The translations under genes and the position numbers were made by a program. From a virus (Duplodnaviria; Caudoviricetes), in IMG/VR virus record IMGVR_UViG_3300020042_002446, positions 1-49,670 of that record: a stretch of DNA of 49,670 nt; one strand, given 5' to 3'. Under the pieces are notes generated by a model. It was not told the origin of the DNA, did no database searches, and saw nothing but the letters and a program-made list of their open reading frames with translations. Below are positions 1 through 9,079 of the stretch, in pieces. How positions within the stretch are numbered: the first letter of the stretch is position 1; each line of letters opens with the position of its first letter.

Positions 1-41
1 GCAGACAGATACGCTTAACTTGCATGTAAGGACAAGTTAAC

Positions 42-269
42 ATGGCAAATACTACCTTTACGGGTCCAGTTATCTCTCAAAACGGATTCGTATTTCCAGC
101 TACCACTACCGCCGCTTTAGGCGCTGTTGGCAACGCAATCAACACAAGAAACAAAACCATAGGTAAATCTGTAGTTGTTTTATCTACAGGTGTTATTTAT
201 ACCTGCACAGGTATTGCAGCCGTTTCCCCTTGGAATGGCTCTGACGCTACTACCATTACACCAGCCTAA
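42..269 (+). CDS. Small putative virion protein
   Basis: AAGGA RBS upstream; MANTTFTGPV start; 75 aa; first gene of late cluster in window. Confidence 0.7.
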   Translation: MANTTFTGPVISQNGFVFPATTTAALGAVGNAINTRNKTIGKSVVVLSTGVIYTCTGIAAVSPWNGSDATTITPA

Positions 270-284
270 TAAGGAGCATCTATC

Positions 285-572
285 ATGATGCAAACAGACA
301 TAAGATCAGCGCATACGACTGGTAACGGCATAATTTATGCGGGTCGTACTCGTGTTAAAAGTCTTATTTGCCTTGGCGCATCAACTGCTGGGGATGTAGT
401 GCTTTATGACAACGCTACCGAAGGTACTGGCACTGAATTAATTCGTATTGCTGTTCCGGGAAACTCTAACAACGTGGTAGATATTATATTACCCGGTGAA
501 GGCATTTTGGCACAAAACGGAATTTTTGCTACGACACCTGCAGGGTATAACGTAACGGTGTGTTATGGCTAA
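285..572 (+). CDS. Small beta-rich putative virion protein
   Basis: AAGGAG RBS; 95 aa; overlaps next ORF. Confidence 0.75.
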   Translation: MMQTDIRSAHTTGNGIIYAGRTRVKSLICLGASTAGDVVLYDNATEGTGTELIRIAVPGNSNNVVDIILPGEGILAQNGIFATTPAGYNVTVCYG

Positions 573-810
573 GTCACCTGCATGGCAACGCAAAGAGGGA
601 AAGAATCCCGCTGGTGGCTTGAACGCCAAAGGGAGAGCCTCTGCCAAAAAACAGGGAATGAATTTGAAAGCTCCCCAGCCGGAAGGCGGTTCAAGGAAAG
701 AGTCGTTCTGCGCCCGTATGTCAGGTATGAAAAAGAAGCTTACCTCTGCAAAGACAGCGAACGATCCGAATAGCCGGATAAATAAATCTTTGAGGGCATG
801 GAAATGTTAA
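565..810 (+). CDS. Basic phage protein (DUF6321-like)
   Basis: PAWQRKEGKNPAGGLNAKGRAS...SFCARM...SLRAWKC pattern recognised by eye. Confidence 0.7.
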   Translation: MAKSPAWQRKEGKNPAGGLNAKGRASAKKQGMNLKAPQPEGGSRKESFCARMSGMKKKLTSAKTANDPNSRINKSLRAWKC

Positions 811-986
811 ATCAACACGAAGCGACTAAATACGCAGTTGATGCGTTGTCGGTATTAACAGTACTAGGAACATTGATGGAAACATTACCAGCCATCGCAG
901 CATTATTTACTATTATTTGGACTGGCATTCGCATCTGGGAAACTAAAACTGTGCAGAAGTTCATTAACAAATCTAAGGAGCAATAA
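798..986 (+). CDS. Small membrane protein, possible holin-like
   Basis: Two hydrophobic stretches (ALSVLTVLGTL, LPAIAALFTIIWTGI) and basic C-terminus; start may be ATG 804. Confidence 0.6.
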   Translation: MEMLNQHEATKYAVDALSVLTVLGTLMETLPAIAALFTIIWTGIRIWETKTVQKFINKSKEQ

Positions 987-987
987 A

Positions 988-1221
988 ATGGCAAAAGCAA
1001 ATCCGTTCATGGAAATGATCGCTAAGAAAAAAGCAGCGGCTGGTAAACCAATGAAGAAGATGGCTTCGGGCGGTATGACTTCTATGGGCAAAGTAGCTAC
1101 CGCAGCTCCTAGTAAAGACGGCATGGCTGTTAAAGGTAAGACCAAAGGCAAGCAAGTTGTTATGGCTGGCAACAAAATGACCGGTAAAATTTCCGGTAAA
1201 AAATCTGGCGGCATGTGCTAA
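988..1221 (+). CDS. Small Lys/Met-rich basic protein with MASGG tag
   Basis: AAGGAG RBS; KKMASGG and DGMAVKGKTKG motifs. Confidence 0.8.
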   Translation: MAKANPFMEMIAKKKAAAGKPMKKMASGGMTSMGKVATAAPSKDGMAVKGKTKGKQVVMAGNKMTGKISGKKSGGMC

Positions 1222-1233
1222 TAAGGAGCCATC

Positions 1234-1737
1234 ATGAAACACAAAGTTAAACGTTACGACGAAGGTGGCGGTGTTGAAGGAATGAAAAAAGGTCTCTTTA
1301 CATCTAAAGAGGATAAAGAACAAGAAGATTCAAGATCAACGTATTTTAAATCCCCCAGCTCAACTAGGTCTGGGCTACCTTCTGCTAAAGAAAGTTCTGG
1401 TACTAGCTATAACACTGAGTACAAAGAAGAGAAAAAAGCAAAGCCTGCTAAGAAAGAGGAAAAAAGCCAGAAGTTTCCGCTTAAAGGTCCTGAGTATGAA
1501 GACACTAAAGCAAGTGTTGGCAGTCAATCGTTCCCGATTGAAGAGCCTAAGTACAGAGGTAAAGTAAGTAAGAAAGAAATGGGCAGCCAGAAGTTTCCGG
1601 TTGAAGGTCCTAAGTACAGAAGCACAGTTAGTGCTAAAGAACTAGGCAGCCAAACTTTTAGCAAAGGCGGCTCTACTGCTTCCAGACGTGCTGATGGTAT
1701 AGCGCAACGTGGTAAGACACGTGGAAAGATGTACTAA
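1234..1737 (+). CDS. Basic low-complexity protein with two xxGG tags, internal repeats and RADGIAQRGKT C-terminus
   Basis: AAGGAG RBS; YDEGG, FSKGG; three SQ.FP...P.Y repeats. Confidence 0.8.
   Translation: MKHKVKRYDEGGGVEGMKKGLFTSKEDKEQEDSRSTYFKSPSSTRSGLPSAKESSGTSYNTEYKEEKKAKPAKKEEKSQKFPLKGPEYEDTKASVGSQSFPIEEPKYRGKVSKKEMGSQKFPVEGPKYRSTVSAKELGSQTFSKGGSTASRRADGIAQRGKTRGKMY
1465..1659 (+). repeat. Imperfect tandem coding repeat, 57-63 nt unit, 3 full copies plus a partial
   Basis: agccagaagtttccg at 1465 and 1585; related units at 1522 and 1648. Confidence 0.85.
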
Positions 1738-1985
1738 TGATGGCCTCTCGCGGAATGGGCAGCATTGCCCCATCTAAAATGCCTAAAGGTGTTAAAAAAC
1801 CTCGTAGGGATAACACCGACTTTACGCAATATAAAGACGGTGGTGAAGTTTGGGAAAAGCCCAATCCTGCGAAGAAGCATAAGAAGTTAAGCCCTGCTAA
1901 GAAGTCAGCAGCAAAAGCGGCAGCTAAAGCTGCTGGTAGGCCGTATCCAAACTTAGTAGATAACATGAGAATGGCGAGGAAATAA
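1737..1985 (+). CDS. Small basic protein with YKDGG tag
   Basis: TAATG coupling; SRGMGSI, YKDGG, GRPYPNLVDNM. Confidence 0.8.
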   Translation: MMASRGMGSIAPSKMPKGVKKPRRDNTDFTQYKDGGEVWEKPNPAKKHKKLSPAKKSAAKAAAKAAGRPYPNLVDNMRMARK

Positions 1986-2392
1986 TGGCAGATAAAGACA
2001 CTCCTGAAAAAGGTTACCGCCCTGATTTGTGGGAAAAAGGTAAAGACGGTAAATATGAGTTTAAAGGTTCTGCGCACATGGCGATGAAGAATCCGCTTTT
2101 GCCGCCAGAAATACGTGAATTTAAAACTGCTAAACCAATAAAAAACCCAAATATGGATTGGGAAAGTAGAAAAGCTACGTTAATAAAACCAGAAAAACCT
2201 AAACCATCAAAAAGTGGCGGTGGTTCCGGTGGCGCACCTTCTGATACTCGTCAGATGCAGTTAGGCGCAGACCTTGACCCTAAAACAATGATGAAACGCG
2301 AAGACATGAAAAAAGGCGGTGCAGTTAAGTCTGCTTCTTCTCGTGGTGATGGCATAGCGCAGCGTGGTAAAACTAAAGGGCGGATGGTTTAA
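1985..2392 (+). CDS. Basic protein with MKKGG tag and RGDGIAQRGKT C-terminus
   Basis: TAATG coupling; C-terminal 25 aa nearly identical to that of 1234-1737. Confidence 0.8.
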   Translation: MADKDTPEKGYRPDLWEKGKDGKYEFKGSAHMAMKNPLLPPEIREFKTAKPIKNPNMDWESRKATLIKPEKPKPSKSGGGSGGAPSDTRQMQLGADLDPKTMMKREDMKKGGAVKSASSRGDGIAQRGKTKGRMV

Positions 2393-3135
2393 TGTCATAT
2401 TCAACAGCGACAACTAGTTTTAACCCAGACCTTAACGATGTGTTTGAGGAAGCGTTTGAGCGTTGTGGCTTAGAGTTGCGTACCGGCTATGATTTTAGAA
2501 CTGCACGTCGCAGTTTAAACTTCTTACTGACAGAGTGGGCTAACAAAGGTATTAACCTCTGGACTATCGAGCAAGGCTCGATCAACTTAGTGCAAGGACA
2601 AACAAGTTATGATCTACCTAATGATACCGTTGATCTTATTGAACATGTTATTCGCACTTTTTCCGGACAAGGTCCTAACCAGACTGACCTCAATATTACA
2701 CGCATAAGCGTCTCTACTTATTCGACTATTCCTAACAAACTAGCGCAAGGTCGCCCTATTCAGGTGTGGATCAACCGTCAGTCAGGGCAGAAAGTTGGAT
2801 CGGAAGCAGCAGCATCAAAGAACCCGCAGATTAATGTCTGGCCTGCGCCTGATCAAGGCACAGAACAAGACCCGTTCTATGTGTTCTATTACTGGCGCAT
2901 GAAGCGTATATATGACGCAGGTGATGGCGTTAATGTGGTTGATATTCCTTTCCGTTTTTTAAATTGTTTGGTTGCGGGTTTAGCCTACATGATTGCAATT
3001 AAAAAAGTTGAAGTTGATCCTACTCGTGTTGCTGGTTTAAAAGCAATGTACGACGAAGCATGGGATTGGGCAGCGAGTGAAGACCGTGATACGGCTGCTG
3101 TGCGCTTTGTTCCACGCCAGATGTTTGTGACGTAA
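2392..3135 (+). CDS. Head-tail adaptor / tail tubular protein A-like
   Basis: EEAFERCG..TARRSLN..EWAN.GINLW, vWPaPD and L.AGLAY pattern; position in late arm. Confidence 0.65.
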   Translation: MSYSTATTSFNPDLNDVFEEAFERCGLELRTGYDFRTARRSLNFLLTEWANKGINLWTIEQGSINLVQGQTSYDLPNDTVDLIEHVIRTFSGQGPNQTDLNITRISVSTYSTIPNKLAQGRPIQVWINRQSGQKVGSEAAASKNPQINVWPAPDQGTEQDPFYVFYYWRMKRIYDAGDGVNVVDIPFRFLNCLVAGLAYMIAIKKVEVDPTRVAGLKAMYDEAWDWAASEDRDTAAVRFVPRQMFVT

Positions 3136-3137
3136 TC

Positions 3138-3551
3138 ATGGGTAATAGGTTTAGTTCAGGCAGACACTCAATTGCCGAGTGTGATCGGTGCGGTTTTAGA
3201 TATAAATTAAAGGATTTAAAAATCCTGATAATCAAGACTAAACAAGTTTCGATTAAAGTTTGTAATACCTGCTGGGAACCAGATCAGCCTCAGTTACAAT
3301 TGGGTATGTACCCCGTGGATGATCCGCAAGCAGTACGCGAGCCACGTCGTGATAATAGCTACTATCAAGCAGGTTATACAGGGCTGCAGATAACGGTAGA
3401 TACAGATTTTGGTGACCCAAGCGGTGGTAGTAGGGTGTTCCAGTGGGGCTGGCGTCCAATAGGTGGGGCGAGTTACAGCGATTTTGGTTTAACACCTAAC
3501 TACCTAACAAGCGCAAGCATAGTAAGCAACGTCACAGTAACGACGACATAG
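3138..3551 (+). CDS. Zinc-finger (CxxC..CxxC) phage protein
   Basis: ECDRCG...VCNTCWEPDQPQL. Confidence 0.75.
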   Translation: MGNRFSSGRHSIAECDRCGFRYKLKDLKILIIKTKQVSIKVCNTCWEPDQPQLQLGMYPVDDPQAVREPRRDNSYYQAGYTGLQITVDTDFGDPSGGSRVFQWGWRPIGGASYSDFGLTPNYLTSASIVSNVTVTTT

Positions 3552-3560
3552 GAGCAGAAA

Positions 3561-3746
3561 ATGGCAAAACATATGGATGCAGCACAAGATAAACCGCTGA
3601 TCAAAAAGATAGCGGACAAAGAAATTAAAAAGCACGAGAAGCGTATGCACGGTGCCAAGAAAATGGCTAAGGGCGGTAAGACTGATTCCCAGATGCTGCA
3701 GATGGGTCGGGGTCTGGCTAAAGTCGCTAATCAGAAAACGGGTTAA
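3561..3746 (+). CDS. Small basic protein with MAKGG tag
   Basis: AGGAG RBS; KKHEKRMHGAKKMAKGG. Confidence 0.8.
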   Translation: MAKHMDAAQDKPLIKKIADKEIKKHEKRMHGAKKMAKGGKTDSQMLQMGRGLAKVANQKTG

Positions 3747-3750
3747 GGAT

Positions 3751-4020
3751 ATGGCTAAGTTCTCACAAAAGGTAATGGGTAAAGAAGTGGGGCAAGCCGC
3801 TGTCTATGCTAAACCACACAGTATGTCTGGAGGCCCTATGGTCATGAAGAAGATGGAAGACCCGAACAAGTTAGTCGCCGATAAGATGACTAAGAAAACT
3901 GCTACACCTCGTGTGTCTGCAGGCGATCCTGCTGCTGATAATGTAAAGACTGACGGTATTAAAATCCGTGGCACAGGTGCGGCGACTAAAGGTGTAATGG
4001 CACGTGGACCGATGGGTTAA
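3751..4020 (+). CDS. Small basic protein with RGTGAATKG C-terminal motif (89 aa)
   Basis: AAGGAT ATG at 3751; start revised from track value 3652. Confidence 0.8.
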   Translation: MAKFSQKVMGKEVGQAAVYAKPHSMSGGPMVMKKMEDPNKLVADKMTKKTATPRVSAGDPAADNVKTDGIKIRGTGAATKGVMARGPMG

Positions 4021-4030
4021 GGAGTAGTCT

Positions 4031-4978
4031 GTGAATTACAGTCAGTTACAGAGCGCAATTCTTGGGTATGTTCAGGACTACGAAACGTCCTTCATACTCA
4101 ATATACCTACGTTTGTTGAACAAGCGGAACAGCGTATTTATAACACTGTACAGATTCCGGCACTACGTAAAAACGTAACCGGAAATATATACTACGATTT
4201 GCCGGGTGCGCAATACCTTGCTTGCCCTAGTGATTTTTTATCCGTATTTTCTTTAGCTATTATTAATAATAGAGGTTCTGCTACAACAGAGAGCTACGAG
4301 TATCTGATTAATAAAGACGTTAACTACTTACGTGCAGCGTACCCCAACTCTAACGCTAGAGGTATGCCGAGATACTATGCGTTGTTTGGCCCCACTGTAA
4401 CAAATTACACGCCTACTACTGAATTAAGTTTTATTGTGGCACCAACGCCAGATATAACCTATGACGTAGAAATGCACTACTACTATTATCCTGAAACTAT
4501 TGTGCAGGGTAAAATTATTGCGTTTGGATTTTCTCCCGGTACAGGGTATACAAACGGTGTTTTTTATGGTGTGCCTTTAACAGGCGGTTCTGGTTCTGGA
4601 GCTACAGCAACAATTGTTGTGGCTGGAAACGTTGTAACCAATATCACTATTGAAAACCCCGGTTCTTTTTATGTAAATGGCGACGTGCTTGGTGTTGCCC
4701 AAGGCAGCGTTCTTGGTACAGGCGTAAACTTTTCGCTTACTGTTACGGCTATTAGTAACTCGGCGGGTAGATCATGGCTTGGTGATAACTATGACCCTGT
4801 ATTGTTGTATGGCACGTTGGTTGAAGCGTACACCTACTTAAAAGGTGAGCAAGACGTGATGGCGTTTTACGAAAAGAAGTATCAAGAAGCGTTGGGTCAG
4901 TTGAATCGTCTGGGTACTGGTCTTGAGCGTGGTGATGCGTATCGTGATGGTCAGGCTAAGATTAAGGTTAATCCGTAA
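4031..4978 (+). CDS. Second adaptor-like virion protein with an inserted Gly/Thr-rich beta module
   Basis: AAGGAG + GTG; MNYSQL..IPTFVEQAEQRI..APTPD..LLYGTLVEAY; insert about 4505-4760. Confidence 0.7.
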   Translation: MNYSQLQSAILGYVQDYETSFILNIPTFVEQAEQRIYNTVQIPALRKNVTGNIYYDLPGAQYLACPSDFLSVFSLAIINNRGSATTESYEYLINKDVNYLRAAYPNSNARGMPRYYALFGPTVTNYTPTTELSFIVAPTPDITYDVEMHYYYYPETIVQGKIIAFGFSPGTGYTNGVFYGVPLTGGSGSGATATIVVAGNVVTNITIENPGSFYVNGDVLGVAQGSVLGTGVNFSLTVTAISNSAGRSWLGDNYDPVLLYGTLVEAYTYLKGEQDVMAFYEKKYQEALGQLNRLGTGLERGDAYRDGQAKIKVNP

Positions 4979-5412
4979 TGGCTATACAACAAGGCATAAC
5001 TACGAGCTTTAAACAGCAGATGCTCCAAGCGGTGCAAAATCTTGTATCGGACGAGCTGTTTATGGCTTTGTATACAGGTTTTGCTACGTTGGGACCTGAT
5101 ACGACTATATACGACGCAGCTGATGTAAATGAAGTGTCTTCTGTTGATACGGGGTATGAGCAGGGTGGAAAACAACTTACAGGTGTATCGGTTAACACAG
5201 ACTACACAACAGGCTTAGTTTATGTTAGTTTTGACAATGTTGTGTGGGACCCAGCAAACTTTACAGCACGTGGGGCTTTAATATATAACAAAACACAAAG
5301 TTATAAGTCCGTTGCAGTAATAAATTTTGGCTCGGATAAAGTGGCAACAAATACTTTTACTGTAACAATGCCGGTTAATGCACCAACAACGGCGTTACTG
5401 CGTTTTACATAG
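4978..5412 (+). CDS. Virion structural protein (paralogue of 5630-6088)
   Basis: MA.QG..SFK..ALY..NEV..TGY.GG..ARGALIYN..V.FGS. Confidence 0.75.
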   Translation: MAIQQGITTSFKQQMLQAVQNLVSDELFMALYTGFATLGPDTTIYDAADVNEVSSVDTGYEQGGKQLTGVSVNTDYTTGLVYVSFDNVVWDPANFTARGALIYNKTQSYKSVAVINFGSDKVATNTFTVTMPVNAPTTALLRFT

Positions 5413-5421
5413 GAGAAGAAA

Positions 5422-5616
5422 ATGGCTTTAATAACTACTACCAAGGGCGAGATGGAAGAATCTTTGCTTGAGAAAAAAGAGGGTACGTTAGACAATGAAC
5501 ACGAAACTACTCTCTGGACAGAATACTGGCTTGACGGCGAGCTGGTACATCGTTCAGTGCATATGACATTGAAAAAATTTACAATAACTGGCGAGGCCGT
5601 CGCCGCATCTTTTTAA
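5422..5616 (+). CDS. Small acidic hypothetical protein
   Basis: AGGAG RBS; 64 aa; WTEYWLDGELVHRS. Confidence 0.75.
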   Translation: MALITTTKGEMEESLLEKKEGTLDNEHETTLWTEYWLDGELVHRSVHMTLKKFTITGEAVAASF

Positions 5617-5629
5617 TAGGAATTAAATC

Positions 5630-6088
5630 ATGGCAAATACTCAAGGAATGTGCGTCTCTTTTAAGAAAGAGATTCTCACATCGTTTCATAATTTTGGTAC
5701 AACAGCTACTCGTGCTACTACTGCGGCTGACACATTTAAAGCGGCGTTGTATTTAGCTTCTGGTACTACAAATAACTCCACCACAGCGTACACAACTGCT
5801 AGTGAAGTTACAGGTACTGGCTATACTGCAGGTGGTGTAATTGTTACAAACCCTACTCCCCCAGCGACAACAACGTCTAGTATTACCGCATATTGGACAC
5901 CATCTAATATTACGTATACGTCTGTTACTTTATCTACTGCGTTTGATGCGGTATTAATTTACAACAACACACAAAGTAATCGTGCAGTTAGTGTGCATAC
6001 ATTTGGTTCGCAGACAATTACAGCTGGTACGTTTACGCTGTTGATGCCAACTAATGCGCCGAGTACTGCCCTTATCAATATCGGTTAA
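5630..6088 (+). CDS. Virion structural protein (paralogue of 4978-5412)
   Basis: MANTQGMCVSFK..FKAALY..EVTGTGYTAGG..VLIYN..VHTFGS. Confidence 0.75.
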   Translation: MANTQGMCVSFKKEILTSFHNFGTTATRATTAADTFKAALYLASGTTNNSTTAYTTASEVTGTGYTAGGVIVTNPTPPATTTSSITAYWTPSNITYTSVTLSTAFDAVLIYNNTQSNRAVSVHTFGSQTITAGTFTLLMPTNAPSTALINIG

Positions 6089-6115
6089 TTTAACTACAAG
6101 GCGGACGGGTAAGCC

Positions 6116-7969
6116 ATGTTTGGTATAAGTTCGTTCGCCCAAGCCCCTTTTGCTGCGTTAGGGGACAATGTTGTTCGCGTTGCTGTAACGGGCGTTACTG
6201 GCGTTTGTAGCGTTGGTAGTGTAACTAGTGCGTTTGATATAGACACTACTGCCGTTACTGCAACTGGTAGTGTTGGTAGTGTAACAATTACGTATGATGT
6301 ATCCCTGACAGGTGAGACCGCTACTGGTACTGTTGGGGATATAACAGTTACGCTAGATGAAGATATTTCAGGCGTTACTGGTACTGGTAGTGTAGGTAGT
6401 GTTGCCGGTCTACATGAAATTGACTTAACTGGCGTAACCGCTGAAGGCACTGTTGGTGATGTAACTGGCAGTGCTATATACCAAGCAAGCGTAACAGGTG
6501 TAACTGCTACCGGCACTGTTGGTAGTGTCGCTGCTTCTTCTGATGAAACAGATACTGGTACTACTGCTACCGGCACTGTTGGGAATACAACCCCCCAATT
6601 TTCTATCGCCATATCTGGCGAAACTGCCACTGGTACTGTAGGCACTGTAAGCTATTCAAGCACTACAGCAGTGCTGTTAACTGCCGTTACTGCTACGGGA
6701 ACAGTTCGTTCTGTTATTTTTGCTACTGATAAACAAGTAACGGGCAATACTGCTACAGGTGCTACAGGAACCGTAACAGCAGGTATTAGTTCTCGTGTGA
6801 CTACCGCACGTGCTATTGGCACTGTTGGTTCTGTAGCGGTTGATAGAAGCCGTTCTATATCAGGTGTTAGTGCTACAGGCAGAGTTGGCACTGTTAGAAA
6901 TGGGGCGCAGCTTGCAGGTGTTACTGCTTCCGCTACACTTGGCACTGTAACCTTTAGTAAACAAACCAGTATAACAAGGGTTATTGCTACAGGTACTGTA
7001 GGCAGTTTACGTAAAACGTTTGAATACTCGCTTGTCGGTATAACGGCTACGATTGCTCAAGGTACGCCAATAACAAGAATAAGTACGGGCATTACAGGTA
7101 ATACTGCAACAGGCACGGTTGGAGATGTATACGGTGAAGGCACAATTGGACGTGTAACTGGCGTTACAGGCACAGCTACATTAGGCATTGAAATTCCTGC
7201 TATCTCCGTTAATGTTTTAGGTAACACTGCTACAGGTACTGTAGGCAACCTTAATAATAGTAAGAGTTTTACGCTCACTGGTGTTACTGGTACAGGTACT
7301 TTAGGCGTTGAAATTCCTGTACACACTTCAAACGGTGTGGGTGTTACTGCAACGGCTAACCTTGGCAACTTAACCGGAAAAACCCAAACAGCACAGCTTA
7401 CTGGAGTTACAGGCACTACAACGCTTGGGCAAATAACCGCAACACGCCCAGTTACTGGTGTAAATGCAAACGGTCGTGCTAGAGGGGATATAACTTATAG
7501 TGTAACTGCTGACTTAGATCACGTAACCGCTGAAGGTACTGTTGGTAAGCCTAAAGCGCAAATTAGTAAAACATTATCCAAAGTATCAGCAACAGGTACA
7601 GTAAGCAGCCCAACAAACGCTACATCACTTGAAGGTGTGACTGCCACTGGTACTGTAGGAGATTTGGCATTCGGACTAGCTATTACAGGAGTAACAGCAA
7701 CTGGCGGAACAAACAGCCCAACAAACGCTACACAATTTACAGGTGTACTAGCAACGTTTTTGCAGGGAGATTTAATTTTCTCCTTGGCTGACCAACTAAC
7801 CGGCGTGAATGCCGTAGGGTATTCAGGAAATGCTATACCTAGAGGGTCATGGGTTGCAATTAATGACTATAGTACTGACGAATGGCAGGGTATAAATGGC
7901 GGTAATAATGGAGATTGGGTTGGAACTAATACGTATTCTGAGACTCCGTGGGAAATTATTGAAACATAG
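6116..7969 (+). CDS. Thr/Gly/Val repeat fibre-like protein
   Basis: More than 20 copies of about TGVTATGTVG at roughly 20-aa period; MFGISSFAQAPFA N-cap; Trp-spaced C-terminus. Confidence 0.8.
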   Translation: MFGISSFAQAPFAALGDNVVRVAVTGVTGVCSVGSVTSAFDIDTTAVTATGSVGSVTITYDVSLTGETATGTVGDITVTLDEDISGVTGTGSVGSVAGLHEIDLTGVTAEGTVGDVTGSAIYQASVTGVTATGTVGSVAASSDETDTGTTATGTVGNTTPQFSIAISGETATGTVGTVSYSSTTAVLLTAVTATGTVRSVIFATDKQVTGNTATGATGTVTAGISSRVTTARAIGTVGSVAVDRSRSISGVSATGRVGTVRNGAQLAGVTASATLGTVTFSKQTSITRVIATGTVGSLRKTFEYSLVGITATIAQGTPITRISTGITGNTATGTVGDVYGEGTIGRVTGVTGTATLGIEIPAISVNVLGNTATGTVGNLNNSKSFTLTGVTGTGTLGVEIPVHTSNGVGVTATANLGNLTGKTQTAQLTGVTGTTTLGQITATRPVTGVNANGRARGDITYSVTADLDHVTAEGTVGKPKAQISKTLSKVSATGTVSSPTNATSLEGVTATGTVGDLAFGLAITGVTATGGTNSPTNATQFTGVLATFLQGDLIFSLADQLTGVNAVGYSGNAIPRGSWVAINDYSTDEWQGINGGNNGDWVGTNTYSETPWEIIET

Positions 7970-7978
7970 AGGTAAATC

Positions 7979-9079
7979 ATGGCTTTAGTATTTATTAACA
8001 GAGCGCAAGAAACGGCAACCGCAAACACTACGGTAGACTTTACTTTGCTTGGTGCAGTAGCGGGGTTTCAGTCGTTTGCTAACGTAGGCAACACCAATAC
8101 AACATACTACGCAGCAACGGATACAACGGGTTCTTGGGAAGTAGGTATTGGCACATATTCAACTACAGGACCGACGCTTACACGTACAACTATCCTCTCG
8201 TCAACAAACTCTAATACAGCGGTTACGTTTTCCGGTGTAGTTACTGTCTTTGTTACTTACCCCTCAGAAAAAGCTGTAATTGAAGACGCATCTAATAATG
8301 TAAGTTTACCCGCACAACTAAGTTTATTAGCCCCTGCTTTAACATCAAGTAATACATCTAATTTAGATGTTGGTGGCCCAATGGGGTTTAGTGACACAGG
8401 AGTTCTTACTAACTTTGTTGGTACAACAAACAGTTATTTACAATCGGCAATCCAAAACAAATCTGCCGGTACTTCTGCTTCTGCTGAATGGATTGCGTAT
8501 AACGATGCTAACTCCGCTACAACTTATGCAGCATTTGGTATTAACTCATCAGGGTACACAGGCACAGGCGCAATCAATGCCCCAAATGCAGGGTTTTTTG
8601 TTACAGGTAGCCAAGATTTAGTTTTAGGCACAGTAAGTAGTAATGCTATTCATTTGGTTATAAACAGTGGTGCAACCGATGCTATGACAATTAGTACCTC
8701 TGGGTTTATAGGTATGGGTACAACATCGCCTTTAGCGCAACTCGCTATAGCGGGAACTGGATATTCTCCTAACCTTACAATATCGGATGCAGGAACGCTT
8801 GCTTGGAATACCGCTTTGGGTCAAGTTGCAACGTTTACTTTTGTTACATCAAATAGAGCTATGGGTACACCTACTAATTTGGTTAACGGTGCTTTTTATT
8901 CTTTAGCAATAGTTCAAAACGCCGGTAGCAACACTATAACTTCTTGGGCTTCAGCATTTAAATGGTCTGGCGGTGTTGCACCAGTATTATCTACAGGAGC
9001 AGGTGCAAGGGACTTTTTTATATTTAGAAGCGATGGCACTAACCTTTACCAACAAGGTCAATCATTGGCGGTGGCGTAA
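7979..9079 (+). CDS. Tail fibre protein
   Basis: N-terminal anchor-like WEVGIGT..TLTRTTILSS..VFVTYP; IGMGTTSP repeat; C-terminal FKWSGGVAPVLST. Confidence 0.7.
   Translation: MALVFINRAQETATANTTVDFTLLGAVAGFQSFANVGNTNTTYYAATDTTGSWEVGIGTYSTTGPTLTRTTILSSTNSNTAVTFSGVVTVFVTYPSEKAVIEDASNNVSLPAQLSLLAPALTSSNTSNLDVGGPMGFSDTGVLTNFVGTTNSYLQSAIQNKSAGTSASAEWIAYNDANSATTYAAFGINSSGYTGTGAINAPNAGFFVTGSQDLVLGTVSSNAIHLVINSGATDAMTISTSGFIGMGTTSPLAQLAIAGTGYSPNLTISDAGTLAWNTALGQVATFTFVTSNRAMGTPTNLVNGAFYSLAIVQNAGSNTITSWASAFKWSGGVAPVLSTGAGARDFFIFRSDGTNLYQQGQSLAVA

Noticed and set aside
1-41. Possible tail of a structured RNA leader (near-palindrome TTGCATGTAA before the RBS)
   Set aside because: Truncated by the window edge; pairing partner cannot be seen
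1465-1659. CRISPR-like array
   Set aside because: Repeats are in-frame, degenerate and lack unique spacers
6094-7416. Antisense ORFs rich in Pro/Val/Thr (6094-6645, 6652-6945, 7057-7416)
   Set aside because: Mirror of the repeat protein codons; no RBS; same applies to antisense ORFs within the giant gene and replication genes
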